NCBI GenBank assembly: GCA_024275955.1
Contig: JAJRYD010000029.1
Coordinates: forward strand, 4,500 to 68,499
DNA: 64,000 bases
Source: Nitrospirota bacterium
Lineage (GTDB): Bacteria; Nitrospinota_A; UBA7883; JACRGQ01
Direction: 5' to 3'
Of this stretch, positions 9,706 through 19,576 are shown one piece after another (positions within the stretch are counted from its first letter, which is position 1; each line of letters opens with the position of its first letter). The translations under genes were made by a program, and so were the position numbers. The notes under the pieces are model-generated. The model saw only the letters and a list, made by a program, of their open reading frames with translations. It had not been told where the DNA came from and ran no database searches.

Positions 9706-9819
9706 CTTTATCCTCGTTAAAAACGGAAGATTCTACCACATTTACGGCCGATTACCCAAATCATGTTTTTACATGACAGGTTGGGAAAAAACTGTTTCAT
9801 TCTGCTATTATGATTTCCT

Positions 9820-10386
9820 ATGGGTCGGCTTAATTTATCTAACTTGCAGAAAGACGAGCGGATTTTGGCAAAGGTTCTTCTTAAAAACGACATTGTGGGC
9901 GAGGCGAGCCTTCAGCAGTATATGGACTTTAATAAGATACATGATGAGGTTGGCAAAGAATTTTTAGGCAAGATACTTATTCGGCTTGGCTACATCACCG
10001 AGGCCGACCTTGATCGGTACATACTTGAAAAGGAGAAGCCATACCTTGAGTTTTGCGAACTGCTTGTGAAGGATGGTTTTATAAAACCGGAGCAGTTTCA
10101 AGAGGTCAAAAGACGGCACGAAAGCGAAGGGCAGGATGTTTTGACGGCTGTCTCCGATATGAACATAATGACCAGAGATACGTTTGTGCGGAGCTTCAAT
10201 AATAAAATGTTCGGTTTAAGGCTTGGGGAATGGCTGAAGTTGAGCCAGAAAGTTACAGACGAGCAGATAGAAAAAGCCCGTGACGCACAAAAAGTTTACA
10301 CTCTTTCCGCTTACCTCATTCACAAGGGGCTTTGTTCCAAAGCGGTAATTGAGCAGGTAGAAGAAAAGATAGCGTTGGCTACATAA
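9820..10386 (+). CDS. Hypothetical protein built from MshEN-like repeats (paralog 1)
   Basis: LGKILIRLGYITEADL and RLGEWLKLSQKVTDEQIEKARDAQ resemble RLGxxLxxxGxxxxxxLxxxLxxQ. Collinear with the next gene. Confidence 0.6.
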   Translation: MGRLNLSNLQKDERILAKVLLKNDIVGEASLQQYMDFNKIHDEVGKEFLGKILIRLGYITEADLDRYILEKEKPYLEFCELLVKDGFIKPEQFQEVKRRHESEGQDVLTAVSDMNIMTRDTFVRSFNNKMFGLRLGEWLKLSQKVTDEQIEKARDAQKVYTLSAYLIHKGLCSKAVIEQVEEKIALAT

Positions 10387-10459
10387 ATTCTTATATAAGT
10401 GCGGAACGTTTGTGAACGAGTGCCGGGGGAATATTGAGATAAGTGGGGGAGTTATAAAC

Positions 10460-11023
10460 GTGGCTGATCTGGATTTTGACGCGCTGGAAACAAAAGAAAA
10501 AAACCTAGCCAAAGTTCTATTAAAGAACAACCTGATGACCGAAGAGGTCTTTGGCAAATACCTTAAATTTAAAGAAGAGTGTGACGATATGGGCAAGCAG
10601 TCGCTTTGGAAAGTCCTTTTGCGTCTTGAGTATCTTACTCAAGGTGACCTAGATGAATATATTGAGGAGAGGAAAGAGCCGTACATACAGTTCTGCAAGA
10701 CGCTGGTTAACGACGGCTTTATGGAGCAGGAGCAGTGGGAGGCGGTTCAAGAGCAATGCAAGAACGGTAAAGAGATAGTGATGGCTTTGAGTGATGAGAA
10801 TGTAATGACGAGAGATAACTTTTTGCGTAGTTTTATACGTCATACAGGCGAGCCGAGATTGAGCGAATGGCTGGTTAGTAAAGCCAAGCTGACCGCTGAA
10901 CAGCTAAAGAACGCTAAAAAGCTTCAGCGCGAGTGCCGGTTATCCGATTTTTTAATTCAGCATGGTTTTTGCAAAGAGAATGTCGTGAGGAAGGTCGAGG
11001 AAAAGATAGCCGCCGTCAGCTAG
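10460..11023 (+). CDS. Hypothetical protein built from MshEN-like repeats (paralog 2)
   Basis: End-to-end similarity to 9820-10386 (LAKVLLKN, MTRD.F.RSF, VEEKIA). GTG start after a GGGGGAG RBS. Confidence 0.6.
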   Translation: MADLDFDALETKEKNLAKVLLKNNLMTEEVFGKYLKFKEECDDMGKQSLWKVLLRLEYLTQGDLDEYIEERKEPYIQFCKTLVNDGFMEQEQWEAVQEQCKNGKEIVMALSDENVMTRDNFLRSFIRHTGEPRLSEWLVSKAKLTAEQLKNAKKLQRECRLSDFLIQHGFCKENVVRKVEEKIAAVS

Positions 11024-11918
11024 TTTTTACCGCCTTCATAATAGCTTCTACTGCCGTTTCCGTCGCCCATATCCCAAGGCTGTTTATGTCGGCTTTCTTT
11101 CTTCCTGTCGAAACCGTAAAAAGAGTATCACCATCGTAGAGCGTGCGCGATGGGCTGGCGGTTTTTGCTATTGCGTCGCTTGCCATCATCGCCACACGCT
11201 TTGCCTGCGAACCAGTTAAAAGCGCGTCGGTAACGATTATACCAATGGTGGTGTTTCCCATCGGTTTTTTTGCCATTGTGCCGCTTGTAAAAGGTATTGT
11301 TTTGCCGTTTGCGTCGGTCGCGCCGGCGATTGTTGCTCCGTTTGACGGGTTGACGATATTTCCATAAGAGTTTACCGCTATGGCAACCGCCATGTTTATA
11401 TTTTTAAACTTACGGGTAACGACGGAAAAGCCTCCTTTAGCGCCTGCATATTTTTTCGACCACTTGCCGACGGTAGCTCCGGTGCCGGCTCCGATATTGC
11501 CGGAAGATGGGGAGCTATAAGCGGCTTTTTGGCACGCTCTGTAGCCTTGTTTCGATGTTGGGGCAGATCTTTTTCCAACGCTTCTGTCGTAAATTACTGC
11601 CGCGGGAACGATCGGGATTTTATCTTTTCCTACGGCGAATCCTACCTGCTTTTCATCAAGGAACCGCATCACTCCATCGGCCGCGGCAAGGCCGAACGAG
11701 CTTCCGCCGGTTAGGAGTATCGCGTTGATATGTTCTACGAGGCAGGTTGGTTCTAGTAGGTCGGTTTCTCTCGTGCCGGGTGCTCCGCCGGAGGTATGAA
11801 CGCCGCATATTGACGGCCTGTCGAACAGGAGTACTGTGCATCCGGTGAGGGTGGTTTTGTTGGTGTAATGTCCTACTTTCGCGCCAAGCTGTTCGAGAGA
11901 TACTTTGTCTATACTCAT
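11016..11918 (-). CDS. P1/DmpA-family (S58) peptidase
   Basis: Motifs GGAPGTRET, LTGGSSFGL, GNIGAGTGA and DGDTLF, with the GNTTIG autoproteolysis site. Confidence 0.88.
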   Translation of the reverse strand: MSIDKVSLEQLGAKVGHYTNKTTLTGCTVLLFDRPSICGVHTSGGAPGTRETDLLEPTCLVEHINAILLTGGSSFGLAAADGVMRFLDEKQVGFAVGKDKIPIVPAAVIYDRSVGKRSAPTSKQGYRACQKAAYSSPSSGNIGAGTGATVGKWSKKYAGAKGGFSVVTRKFKNINMAVAIAVNSYGNIVNPSNGATIAGATDANGKTIPFTSGTMAKKPMGNTTIGIIVTDALLTGSQAKRVAMMASDAIAKTASPSRTLYDGDTLFTVSTGRKKADINSLGIWATETAVEAIMKAVKTS

Positions 11919-11921
11919 CTT

Positions 11922-13091
11922 CTAAAGAAACTCTACGGTAACGATAGCGATATCGTCCTGTTCATCATTTTGATTCCAAAACGATTCCACATCGGCGACT
12001 ATTTCATCAGTCATTTCCTGCGCCGTTTTTTGCCGTTCTGCTTTTACAAGTTTCGCAAGACGCTCAATGCCGTATTGGTTTCCTTCACTGTTGGAGGCTT
12101 CGTAAACGCCGTCGCTAAAAAGCACCAGCTTATCGCCTTTTTGGAAATTTACGGTTTCTTCTTCAAAAAATGCGTTGCCGTTATCAAATATTCCGATAAG
12201 CGAACCGGTACTCTTTAGAACTCCGGGAGCGTTATCGCGTTTCCCGACAAGGTATGGCGGAGGGTGGCCGGCGGTTACATATGTAAGCTCGTTTTTAGAA
12301 AAGTCCGCAATGCCGAAAAAGCAGGTAACAAAATGTGTCTCCGGTGTCATCTTTGTAAGTTTTGCGTTAAGGCGTAAGGCAAGTTCCCGTGGTGTCGGGT
12401 AGTCTAAGCTTTCGCTCTGTATAAGCGCCTTGAGTAGCGCCATAATGAGCGCCGCCGCCGGGCCGTGGCCTGCTACATCGGCCAGCACGAAAGCGGTTCT
12501 ATCTTTTCCATATTCAAAGACATCATACATATCCCCGCCGATATTAGTAGCGGCTTTGTAATGGGCGGCGATACCGCAGTTTTTAAAATTGCTAAGATGT
12601 TCCTCGGAAGGAAGCATATCTCTTTGGACTATTTCGGCCACCCGCAGGTCCATCTGCATCTGATCCTGCTGTTTCTTTACTTTTTTCAGCAGTTTCATAT
12701 TGTCGTCATGCAGATGTTTTAACCGTAGCATTGATTTAACGCGGGCAATTAGTTCGTTTTCGTCAAACGGTTTTGTCAGGTATTCCAGCGCTCCTTCTTC
12801 CAGCCCGCGAATAACATCGCCTGATTCCCTTCTCTTTGCCGTTATAAGAATTATAGGAATATGGGCGGAACGCTCCATATTGCGGATACTGCGGCTCGCT
12901 TCAAACCCGTCCATTTTCGGCATCATTATATCCATCAATATAAGGTCTATATCGTTATTCTTGACAGCCTCTACAGCCTCTAGGCCGTTAGTGGCAGGAA
13001 CGGTTACGAAGCTGTGGTTTTTGAGGATTACCTCAAGGAGGAAAATATTATCTAAATCGTCGTCTACTATTAGAATGTTGGAATTTTTCAT
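11922..13091 (-). CDS. Response regulator receiver + PP2C/SpoIIE phosphatase (RsbU-like)
   Basis: Receiver (IVDDD, LMDIMMP, KPF), a coiled linker, and PP2C motifs IGGDMYD, DVAGHG, FSDGV and DDIA. Confidence 0.9.
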   Translation of the reverse strand: MKNSNILIVDDDLDNIFLLEVILKNHSFVTVPATNGLEAVEAVKNNDIDLILMDIMMPKMDGFEASRSIRNMERSAHIPIILITAKRRESGDVIRGLEEGALEYLTKPFDENELIARVKSMLRLKHLHDDNMKLLKKVKKQQDQMQMDLRVAEIVQRDMLPSEEHLSNFKNCGIAAHYKAATNIGGDMYDVFEYGKDRTAFVLADVAGHGPAAALIMALLKALIQSESLDYPTPRELALRLNAKLTKMTPETHFVTCFFGIADFSKNELTYVTAGHPPPYLVGKRDNAPGVLKSTGSLIGIFDNGNAFFEEETVNFQKGDKLVLFSDGVYEASNSEGNQYGIERLAKLVKAERQKTAQEMTDEIVADVESFWNQNDEQDDIAIVTVEFL

Positions 13092-13209
13092 TTTTGCCTT
13101 AATTTTTGAGTCTTGTATCTTTTGGTTATTCTAAACTGCAATTACCTGAATTTTGCCGGAAAAATTGTCGGGACTACCAATTCATCATTTTTTTGGTAGA
13201 ATCGCTGTT

Positions 13210-13662
13210 ATGAGCTGGCGTTTGGTTTTTAGAGAAAATATTGCCGTTCCATTGGAATGGCGTGTAAACGGCTTTGAGATGATCGACAGCATGGAAAAGT
13301 TTGTAGCACCGGTAAAGGACCTGCTTTATGATGAAGAGGCCGAAAAGATACGCTACGTTATAGCTACTATGGGAGGCGGTATAGGAATAAGGGGAAAAGA
13401 CCTTGTTATTCCCCTAGCTATGATTTCCGATGGCGGAAGCGGAACTCTGGTGGTAAATTCAACAGCCGAACATATGTCGGAAGCGCCGATGGTGGAAAAT
13501 ATAGAGAACCCAGACCGCGATTTTGAAGAAAAGATGTTTCGGCACTATGGTGTGAAACCGTACTGGGAGGAAGAGGCTGAACTGGAAGAACTTGGTGAAA
13601 AGGAAAAACTAAAAGCACCTCCTGATGTAGGCACTCCGACAATGGAAAAAGATGACAACTAG
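13210..13662 (+). CDS. PRC-barrel domain protein
   Basis: Pattern VKDLLYD...IRYVI...GGIGIRGKDLVIP...HYGVKPYW. The start was placed at the ATG 7 nt after TGGTAGAAT. Confidence 0.7.
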   Translation: MSWRLVFRENIAVPLEWRVNGFEMIDSMEKFVAPVKDLLYDEEAEKIRYVIATMGGGIGIRGKDLVIPLAMISDGGSGTLVVNSTAEHMSEAPMVENIENPDRDFEEKMFRHYGVKPYWEEEAELEELGEKEKLKAPPDVGTPTMEKDDN

Positions 13663-14689
13663 CCAAGAAGAATCAATTTCGGTAAAAGACAGAGCTTTTT
13701 ACCTTTTAATCGCCGTCGGGGTGGCAGTTAGCGTTCTTACCGAGCTGGAAAAGGTTTCACCTTTCGTAAAACAGCTTTGCGGGGGCGATACCGGCGGATG
13801 TGCCAAGGTGGGAGCTTCTGAATATTCAAGCCTGCTCGGGGTTCCGCTAGGGTATTGGGGGGTTCTTTCCTACATAGTTCTTCTACTGCTATACAGGTAC
13901 CGGCGCAATTTTTCCGTAATTTTCGTTTCCGTAATGATGGGTGCCGAAATTTACTTCGTTTACCTTCAATACGCCGTAATAAAGTCTTTTTGCATGCTTT
14001 GCATGGCGAATTTTGCTGTTGTCGCCATTCTCACTTTGCTACTTTTTGTTACCGCGTTAACCAAAGAGAAGCAGGATAGCTTTAGGGTGGTAGGGGCTGT
14101 CGTTCTCCTCGTTACATTTTTTGCTTTCTTTATTCCGCTAGAGTTAAAGCTACAGGACAGGCAGTCCGGCGAAACGGCTAAGAGGGTAGAGTCTATTACA
14201 AGCTTTGGCGATTCATCGTCGCCTTACAGGCTGGAGATATTTACCGACTATATGTGTTCGCACTGCGCGCACTACGAGGAGACGGTAAAAAGAATTATAG
14301 AGCAGTACCCTGAGATATATATAGTCTTTAGGGATGTTATCTTCGATCCGAAATCGCTTACGCCTATGGCGGTTGCCTACACAGGGTCGGTAGCTTATTA
14401 CGAAGGGCAGAAAGAGTACGTCAAAAGACGGTTCGAAACTTTTGAAAACCAGAAAGATATTTACAACTACCTTGCCCCGCGTTTCAAGCTTATCCCTAAA
14501 GACGACGAGATGCGCGCGGCTATAAAAAAGAAACTGGATGAAGACGCAGAACAGGCCGAAAAGCTTGGGATACATGCCACCCCGACGACGGTAATCATCT
14601 CTAACGGGAAACGGCAAGATATGATAAGCGGCTATATTGATTTTCATAAGCTAAAGCCAAAGCTGGAAAAGCTTTTGGGCCGTCAGTAG
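13652..14689 (+). CDS. VKOR-thioredoxin/DsbA fusion protein
   Basis: VKOR loop cysteines (CGGDTGGC...V..SEYS) and membrane CMLC, followed by a thioredoxin fold with CSHC and cis-Pro ATPT. Confidence 0.85.
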   Translation: MTTSQEESISVKDRAFYLLIAVGVAVSVLTELEKVSPFVKQLCGGDTGGCAKVGASEYSSLLGVPLGYWGVLSYIVLLLLYRYRRNFSVIFVSVMMGAEIYFVYLQYAVIKSFCMLCMANFAVVAILTLLLFVTALTKEKQDSFRVVGAVVLLVTFFAFFIPLELKLQDRQSGETAKRVESITSFGDSSSPYRLEIFTDYMCSHCAHYEETVKRIIEQYPEIYIVFRDVIFDPKSLTPMAVAYTGSVAYYEGQKEYVKRRFETFENQKDIYNYLAPRFKLIPKDDEMRAAIKKKLDEDAEQAEKLGIHATPTTVIISNGKRQDMISGYIDFHKLKPKLEKLLGRQ

Positions 14690-14699
14690 AGCATTAGGA

Positions 14700-16874
14700 A
14701 TGACCGGCACCCCGCTTAACGAAAAGCAGGCCGAAGCTGTCGCTCATGGCGATGGTCCGGCGCTTATCCTTTCTGGAGCCGGTTCCGGCAAGACAAGAGT
14801 TATAACCAGCAGGGCGGTAAGGCTTATCTCCGATGGTGTCGCGCCGTGGTCGGTATTTTGCGTTACCTTCACAAACAAAGCGGCGGGCGAGATGCGCCAT
14901 CGTATATCTTCCATGCTCGATATAGACGCCACAAATCTATGGATATCGACCTTTCACTCATCCTGTCTGCGGATACTAAAAGATGAATACCGAAATGCCG
15001 GCTACCAGTCGATGCCGACTGTCTTTGACGCCGTTGACCAAAAGTCGCTGGTGAAAGGGATAATAAGGGGCATGGGAAGGACAGACGCGGAACTGCCGCA
15101 CCGCAAATGTTTGTCGGTAATAAGCCGCTACAAAAACGATATGAAAGGGCCGGAACATCTAGCGTCGGAAGATAGCTACCCGCAAGCGAAAGAGACAGCG
15201 GAAGTTTTTCAGCAGTATCAGGAAGCGTTGATAAAGAATAATGCCGTAGATTTTGACGACCTTATGCTTGTTGTTATAAGGCTTTTTAAATCGCGCGAAG
15301 ATGTTTTGGGAAAGTACCGTGAACGGTTCAGATATATCATGGTAGATGAGTTTCAGGATACCAACATGGTGCAGTACAGCCTTATACGACTGCTTGTTGG
15401 GGAAAAGAAGAACATCTTCGTGGTGGGTGATGACGACCAGTCGATATACCGATGGCGCGGGGCGCGGATAGGCAACATATTAGGCTTTGAAAAAGATTTT
15501 CCAAACTGCAAGGTAGTGAAACTTGAGGAGAATTACAGGTCTACCAAAAATATTCTCAAAAGCGCGTACGAGGTCGTGAAAAATATTCATGGCCGTAAAG
15601 AAAAAGAGCTATGGACCAAGTCGGGAGATGGGAGCTTGGTAACTATCTTTACAGGCGAGACGGAAATTGACGAGGTGGAGTTCGTGGTGGGAGAAATTAT
15701 CCGTAGAGTGAAAGATGGCGGGGCAAATTACGGAGAGTTTGCCGTTTTTTACAGGACGAACGCCCAGTCGCGCGTATTCGAGGAATCGCTCAACAGAAAC
15801 AGGGTGCCGTACCGGATGTACGGAGGCTTAAAGTTCTACAGCCGAAAAGAGATAAAGGACGCTCTTTCTTACTTTCGGCTTGGGGTTAATGAGATGGACG
15901 AGGTAGCCTTTTTGCGGGCTATCTCATCTCCTCCAAGAGGTATCGGCCCCGCGGCGCTTTCGAAGCTAAAAGGGTACTGCGTAGAGAAGAATGTTTCTCT
16001 GCTTGCGGCATGCGGCGCCGAAGATAACGGCATAGCAGGTACGGCTGGGAAAAAACTTCTGGATTTTTTTGAGATTATTAAAAAGATAAAAATGAACGCC
16101 CCCGTAAAGCCTGCCGGAGAGCTTATCGAAATGGTTCTAGAGGGGAGCAGGTTTATAGACTATCTTTTAGATAAGCGGACAGCTCAGGATAACGCGAGAG
16201 TGGAAAACCTTAAAGAGCTGGTCTCGGCCCCACACAAGGAGGAACTGCTAACGGAATTTATAGAGAGGGTCGCGCTTCAGGCAGAGGCCGACCTTGTGGA
16301 AGATAGCGGTGAAAATGTTTCGCTTATGACTCTTCATGTTTCGAAAGGTTTGGAATTTAATTCTGTTTTTATGGTCGGCATGGAGGAGAATCTCTTTCCC
16401 CACTTTAATTCTATGGATAGCATTGAAGAGCTGGAGGAGGAGAGGCGGCTTTGCTATGTGGGGATGACCCGCGCGCGGAATAGACTGTATATGACCAACG
16501 CCTCCACAAGAAAGATGTACGGGCAGTTTTCGATGAACGAGCCTTCGCCGTTCTTGACTGATATTCCAGAAGAAATTATCGAAAGAAAACGCTCCCCCAA
16601 AAAACAGTTTGCCGGTAGCTCCAGCCAAAGCTCTGGGTACCGTTCTAGCTACAGCTCTGGGCAGGGCTTTAAAAAGCGTGAACAGCGTTCGGCTTCCGGG
16701 TTTGGTGCTTCTGTCGGCGTTTTCTCGCCGGGAAAAGAGGTGAAGCACCGTATATTTGGCAAAGGCGTTATAAAAAAATGCGAAGGGGCTGGAGACGAAA
16801 CGAAGCTTACGATACTTTTTCGGCATGCCGGAATGAAAAAGCTTAAAAGCAGGTTCGTGGAGCTAGTAGCATAA
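14700..16874 (+). CDS. uvrD: UvrD/PcrA ATP-dependent DNA helicase
   Basis: Motifs GAGSGKT, TFTNKAA, VDEFQD, KGLEF and EERRLCYVGMTRA, with a C-terminal Tudor-like tail. Confidence 0.95.
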   Translation: MTGTPLNEKQAEAVAHGDGPALILSGAGSGKTRVITSRAVRLISDGVAPWSVFCVTFTNKAAGEMRHRISSMLDIDATNLWISTFHSSCLRILKDEYRNAGYQSMPTVFDAVDQKSLVKGIIRGMGRTDAELPHRKCLSVISRYKNDMKGPEHLASEDSYPQAKETAEVFQQYQEALIKNNAVDFDDLMLVVIRLFKSREDVLGKYRERFRYIMVDEFQDTNMVQYSLIRLLVGEKKNIFVVGDDDQSIYRWRGARIGNILGFEKDFPNCKVVKLEENYRSTKNILKSAYEVVKNIHGRKEKELWTKSGDGSLVTIFTGETEIDEVEFVVGEIIRRVKDGGANYGEFAVFYRTNAQSRVFEESLNRNRVPYRMYGGLKFYSRKEIKDALSYFRLGVNEMDEVAFLRAISSPPRGIGPAALSKLKGYCVEKNVSLLAACGAEDNGIAGTAGKKLLDFFEIIKKIKMNAPVKPAGELIEMVLEGSRFIDYLLDKRTAQDNARVENLKELVSAPHKEELLTEFIERVALQAEADLVEDSGENVSLMTLHVSKGLEFNSVFMVGMEENLFPHFNSMDSIEELEEERRLCYVGMTRARNRLYMTNASTRKMYGQFSMNEPSPFLTDIPEEIIERKRSPKKQFAGSSSQSSGYRSSYSSGQGFKKREQRSASGFGASVGVFSPGKEVKHRIFGKGVIKKCEGAGDETKLTILFRHAGMKKLKSRFVELVA

Positions 16875-16884
16875 GCGGGGTCTG

Positions 16885-17736
16885 ATGCGTTTATTGTCGC
16901 TGATACTAAAGGATATTCGGATAGAGCATACGCTCTTTGCTATGCCGTTTGCCGTTATGAGTGCCTTTATAGCGTCTGGCGGGCTTCCGGCCGGCAGGGA
17001 AATTATGCTTCTTTTGCTTGCGCTTGTTTTCGCAAGGAGCGCGGCGATGGCGTTTAACAGGCTTGTCGATGCCAAATTCGACATGACCAACCCGAGGACA
17101 GAGGGCAGGCCGCTTGCTTCCGGCAAAGCAGGGGTTAAAAGCTATCTTATATTCGTTGTCGTAATGTCGGTTTGCTTTATCGTTACGGCAAAGTCTTTAA
17201 ACGAGCTGGCATATTTCCTTTCTCCTCTCGCGCTACTTATAGTTTTTTTCTACTCGCTTACCAAAAGGTTCACCGCCTACTCGCATTTCTTTTTGGGCTT
17301 CGCGTTGGCGCTCTCCCCTGTGGGGGCATGGGTCGCCATAACGGGAGAGATAGGAACCGAGTCTCTTTTGCTTGGTCTTGCGGTAATCTTCTGGCTTGCA
17401 GGGCTCGATATTATCTACTCGTGCCAAGATGTCGCGCACGATAAGGAATTAGGGCTGTACTCGATACCGTCACGGTTTGGCGTAAAGAAAGCTCTTTTCT
17501 ACTCGTCGCTCTCTCATCTGGTGATGGTTGCTTTTTTGATATTTCTCTTTGGCATCACTCCGCGTCTCGGGCCGATTTTTCTTTTAGGCCTCGCTTTTAC
17601 CTCTGCCTTTCTCTGGTACGAGCATAGCCTTGTAAAGCCTAACGACCTGCGGAAAGTAAACAGCGCCTTTTTTAACGTGAACGGAATAATATCGGTGGGG
17701 CTTATGGTCTTTGTGATAGCGGACATGCTTTTATGA
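16885..17736 (+). CDS. UbiA-family polyprenyltransferase (MqnP/UbiA-like)
   Basis: Motifs EHTLFAMPFA, NRLVDAKFDMTNPRT..RPL and DIIYSCQD..HD. Confidence 0.9.
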   Translation: MRLLSLILKDIRIEHTLFAMPFAVMSAFIASGGLPAGREIMLLLLALVFARSAAMAFNRLVDAKFDMTNPRTEGRPLASGKAGVKSYLIFVVVMSVCFIVTAKSLNELAYFLSPLALLIVFFYSLTKRFTAYSHFFLGFALALSPVGAWVAITGEIGTESLLLGLAVIFWLAGLDIIYSCQDVAHDKELGLYSIPSRFGVKKALFYSSLSHLVMVAFLIFLFGITPRLGPIFLLGLAFTSAFLWYEHSLVKPNDLRKVNSAFFNVNGIISVGLMVFVIADMLL

Positions 17737-18464
17737 CGGAAACTAACGGGAAAGATAAAAGAGAAGGACACCGCAAAAGGCTTAGAGAAAAGTTTTTAGA
17801 GCATGGCCTTGAAAAGTTTACCGACGAGGAGATAGTCGAGCTGTTGCTGACTCTTGCTACGCCGAGGAAAGACTGCAAGCAGGCGGCAAGGGAGGCATTA
17901 AAAACTTTTGGAACGCTCCGCAACGTGCTGGAGGCCGACCTCGATTCGTTGACGGAGATAAAAGATATAGGCCCTTCCAACGCTTTTGGCATTAAGTTTA
18001 TCCATCAGGTTACGAAAAAGTTTCTGCGCGACAGAATGATAGAGAAAAGGGCGTTTCATTCTTCCGATGACCTTCTTGACTATCTTAACCACTCTATGAG
18101 GTCGCTTAAGAGAGAGGTTTTTCAGATTATATATCTTGACGCGGTTGACAGGATAATTGACGAAGAAATCATAGCAGTAGGCACGGCGACGGAGGTGCCG
18201 GTCAGCCCCCAGCAGATAGTCGAGCGGGCGGTAAAGCGCGGCGCGGCGAATATTATGATAGCGCACAACCATCCGGGCGGCGAGGCGGAACCTTCGGAGG
18301 ACGATAAGGCTATGACGCGCGAAACGGTTTTTGTCTGCGGCATGATGAAGCTAAAGCTAAGGGAGCATGCGATTGTCGCTCCGCGCGGCCACTTTAGTTT
18401 TTCAAAGGAAGGTCTTATCGCCGAGTATGAGCATCAGCTCCGCAAGGTGCAAAAGAAGATTTAA
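17733..18464 (+). CDS. radC: RadC (JAB domain) family protein
   Basis: GHRKRLREKF, an HhH motif (IKDIGP) and the JAB motif HNHPGG..PS.DD. Confidence 0.92.
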   Translation: MTETNGKDKREGHRKRLREKFLEHGLEKFTDEEIVELLLTLATPRKDCKQAAREALKTFGTLRNVLEADLDSLTEIKDIGPSNAFGIKFIHQVTKKFLRDRMIEKRAFHSSDDLLDYLNHSMRSLKREVFQIIYLDAVDRIIDEEIIAVGTATEVPVSPQQIVERAVKRGAANIMIAHNHPGGEAEPSEDDKAMTRETVFVCGMMKLKLREHAIVAPRGHFSFSKEGLIAEYEHQLRKVQKKI

Positions 18465-19351
18465 CAAGTAGAGCTATCAGTTGTCTGCCTGATTTTTTCA
18501 GGTAGGGCAGGTAGGTCTTTTTCAGTCAGCAGGGCTAATCTAGCTTTTGGGGCGAAGGCATATCTTCCGACCCTTCTGATTGATAGTTTTATAAAGTCTT
18601 CCATCCATTTTTCTTCTCCAACCCCGAAGTCTCTTTTTGGATTTGCTTTTCTGGAGGTTTCTTCGTTTCCGACGACTGATGTGAGATACCCAAAGTCATT
18701 TAAAATGGTGAGGCTTATTTTAAATTTTCTGCTTGCTTTGCATCGGTTCTGTCGGTGGTGATCTTCCGCAATATCTTTGTTCTCGCAACTTTTTTTGTCG
18801 CATTTGCAGATATCACTGGCTTCTTTTTCCAAAATGGTTAGGCAGGTATAGCCGATATCGGTTAGGCGGGCACTCCCTTTTTTATAAGTTTCGAGTAGTT
18901 TAAGCATTATTCTTACTGTCGAAGAGAATTGGAATTTTTCAGGTGGTGAAGGGTAAGCTCCTGCTTGAATATTCCGCGACATTGGGCATTCTGCTGAGAC
19001 CGGCCGCCTCGTATACTGATGGGCTAAACTGCCATCGGCTCTCTCTTTTAGAATGCCGGCATTTTTATATTTAAATCTTGTCCCATAAAGATTATGTTTC
19101 AAAATGATTTCAGCTTCCCACGCTAGTACAAAATCTTTAACATGCGACTTGGCTTCCTCGATATCTTTAAAATATTTTTTGTCTTTGAATTGTATTGTCA
19201 ATTTTCCGTCGGTATGAGCTTCGTCTGTTTGTTCTAGGATGGCTGTAAAGTCTTCGTATTCCTTTATGATAGGTTCTGGATTGTCGAAAAGCATTGGGGA
19301 TGGTGTTAGCAGGCTGTACGTAAGCTTCTCGACATAAATAGTTTCAGCCAT
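18461..19351 (-). CDS. Hypothetical protein, third gene after hicB-hicA
   Basis: 296-aa open frame whose ATG directly abuts the hicA stop. More AT-rich than its neighbours. Shares the TTAA stop with radC. Confidence 0.75.
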   Translation of the reverse strand: MAETIYVEKLTYSLLTPSPMLFDNPEPIIKEYEDFTAILEQTDEAHTDGKLTIQFKDKKYFKDIEEAKSHVKDFVLAWEAEIILKHNLYGTRFKYKNAGILKERADGSLAHQYTRRPVSAECPMSRNIQAGAYPSPPEKFQFSSTVRIMLKLLETYKKGSARLTDIGYTCLTILEKEASDICKCDKKSCENKDIAEDHHRQNRCKASRKFKISLTILNDFGYLTSVVGNEETSRKANPKRDFGVGEEKWMEDFIKLSIRRVGRYAFAPKARLALLTEKDLPALPEKIRQTTDSSTC

Positions 19352-19576
19352 TTATTTACAGTTTTCCAAAAACTGTTCCGTTGTTAGGCCTGCTCTGGAA
19401 ATCAATGCCCTTAAGGTACCCCTTGCGACTGTTTGATGGTTTGGTACCGAAAGTGTGGCTATATGGCCATCTTTGGTGAGGATAATATGCGAACCTCTTT
19501 GGCGTACTACCTGCCATCCGAGCCTTTCGAATGCTTTTACTATTTTCTTGGGTCGTAAAAGCGGAAGGGGCGGCAA
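19352..19576 (-). CDS. hicA: HicA-family mRNA interferase toxin
   Basis: 74 aa with LGW..VRQRGSH (catalytic His) and VPNH...GTL..I. Confidence 0.9.
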   Translation of the reverse strand: MPPLPLLRPKKIVKAFERLGWQVVRQRGSHIILTKDGHIATLSVPNHQTVARGTLRALISRAGLTTEQFLENCK

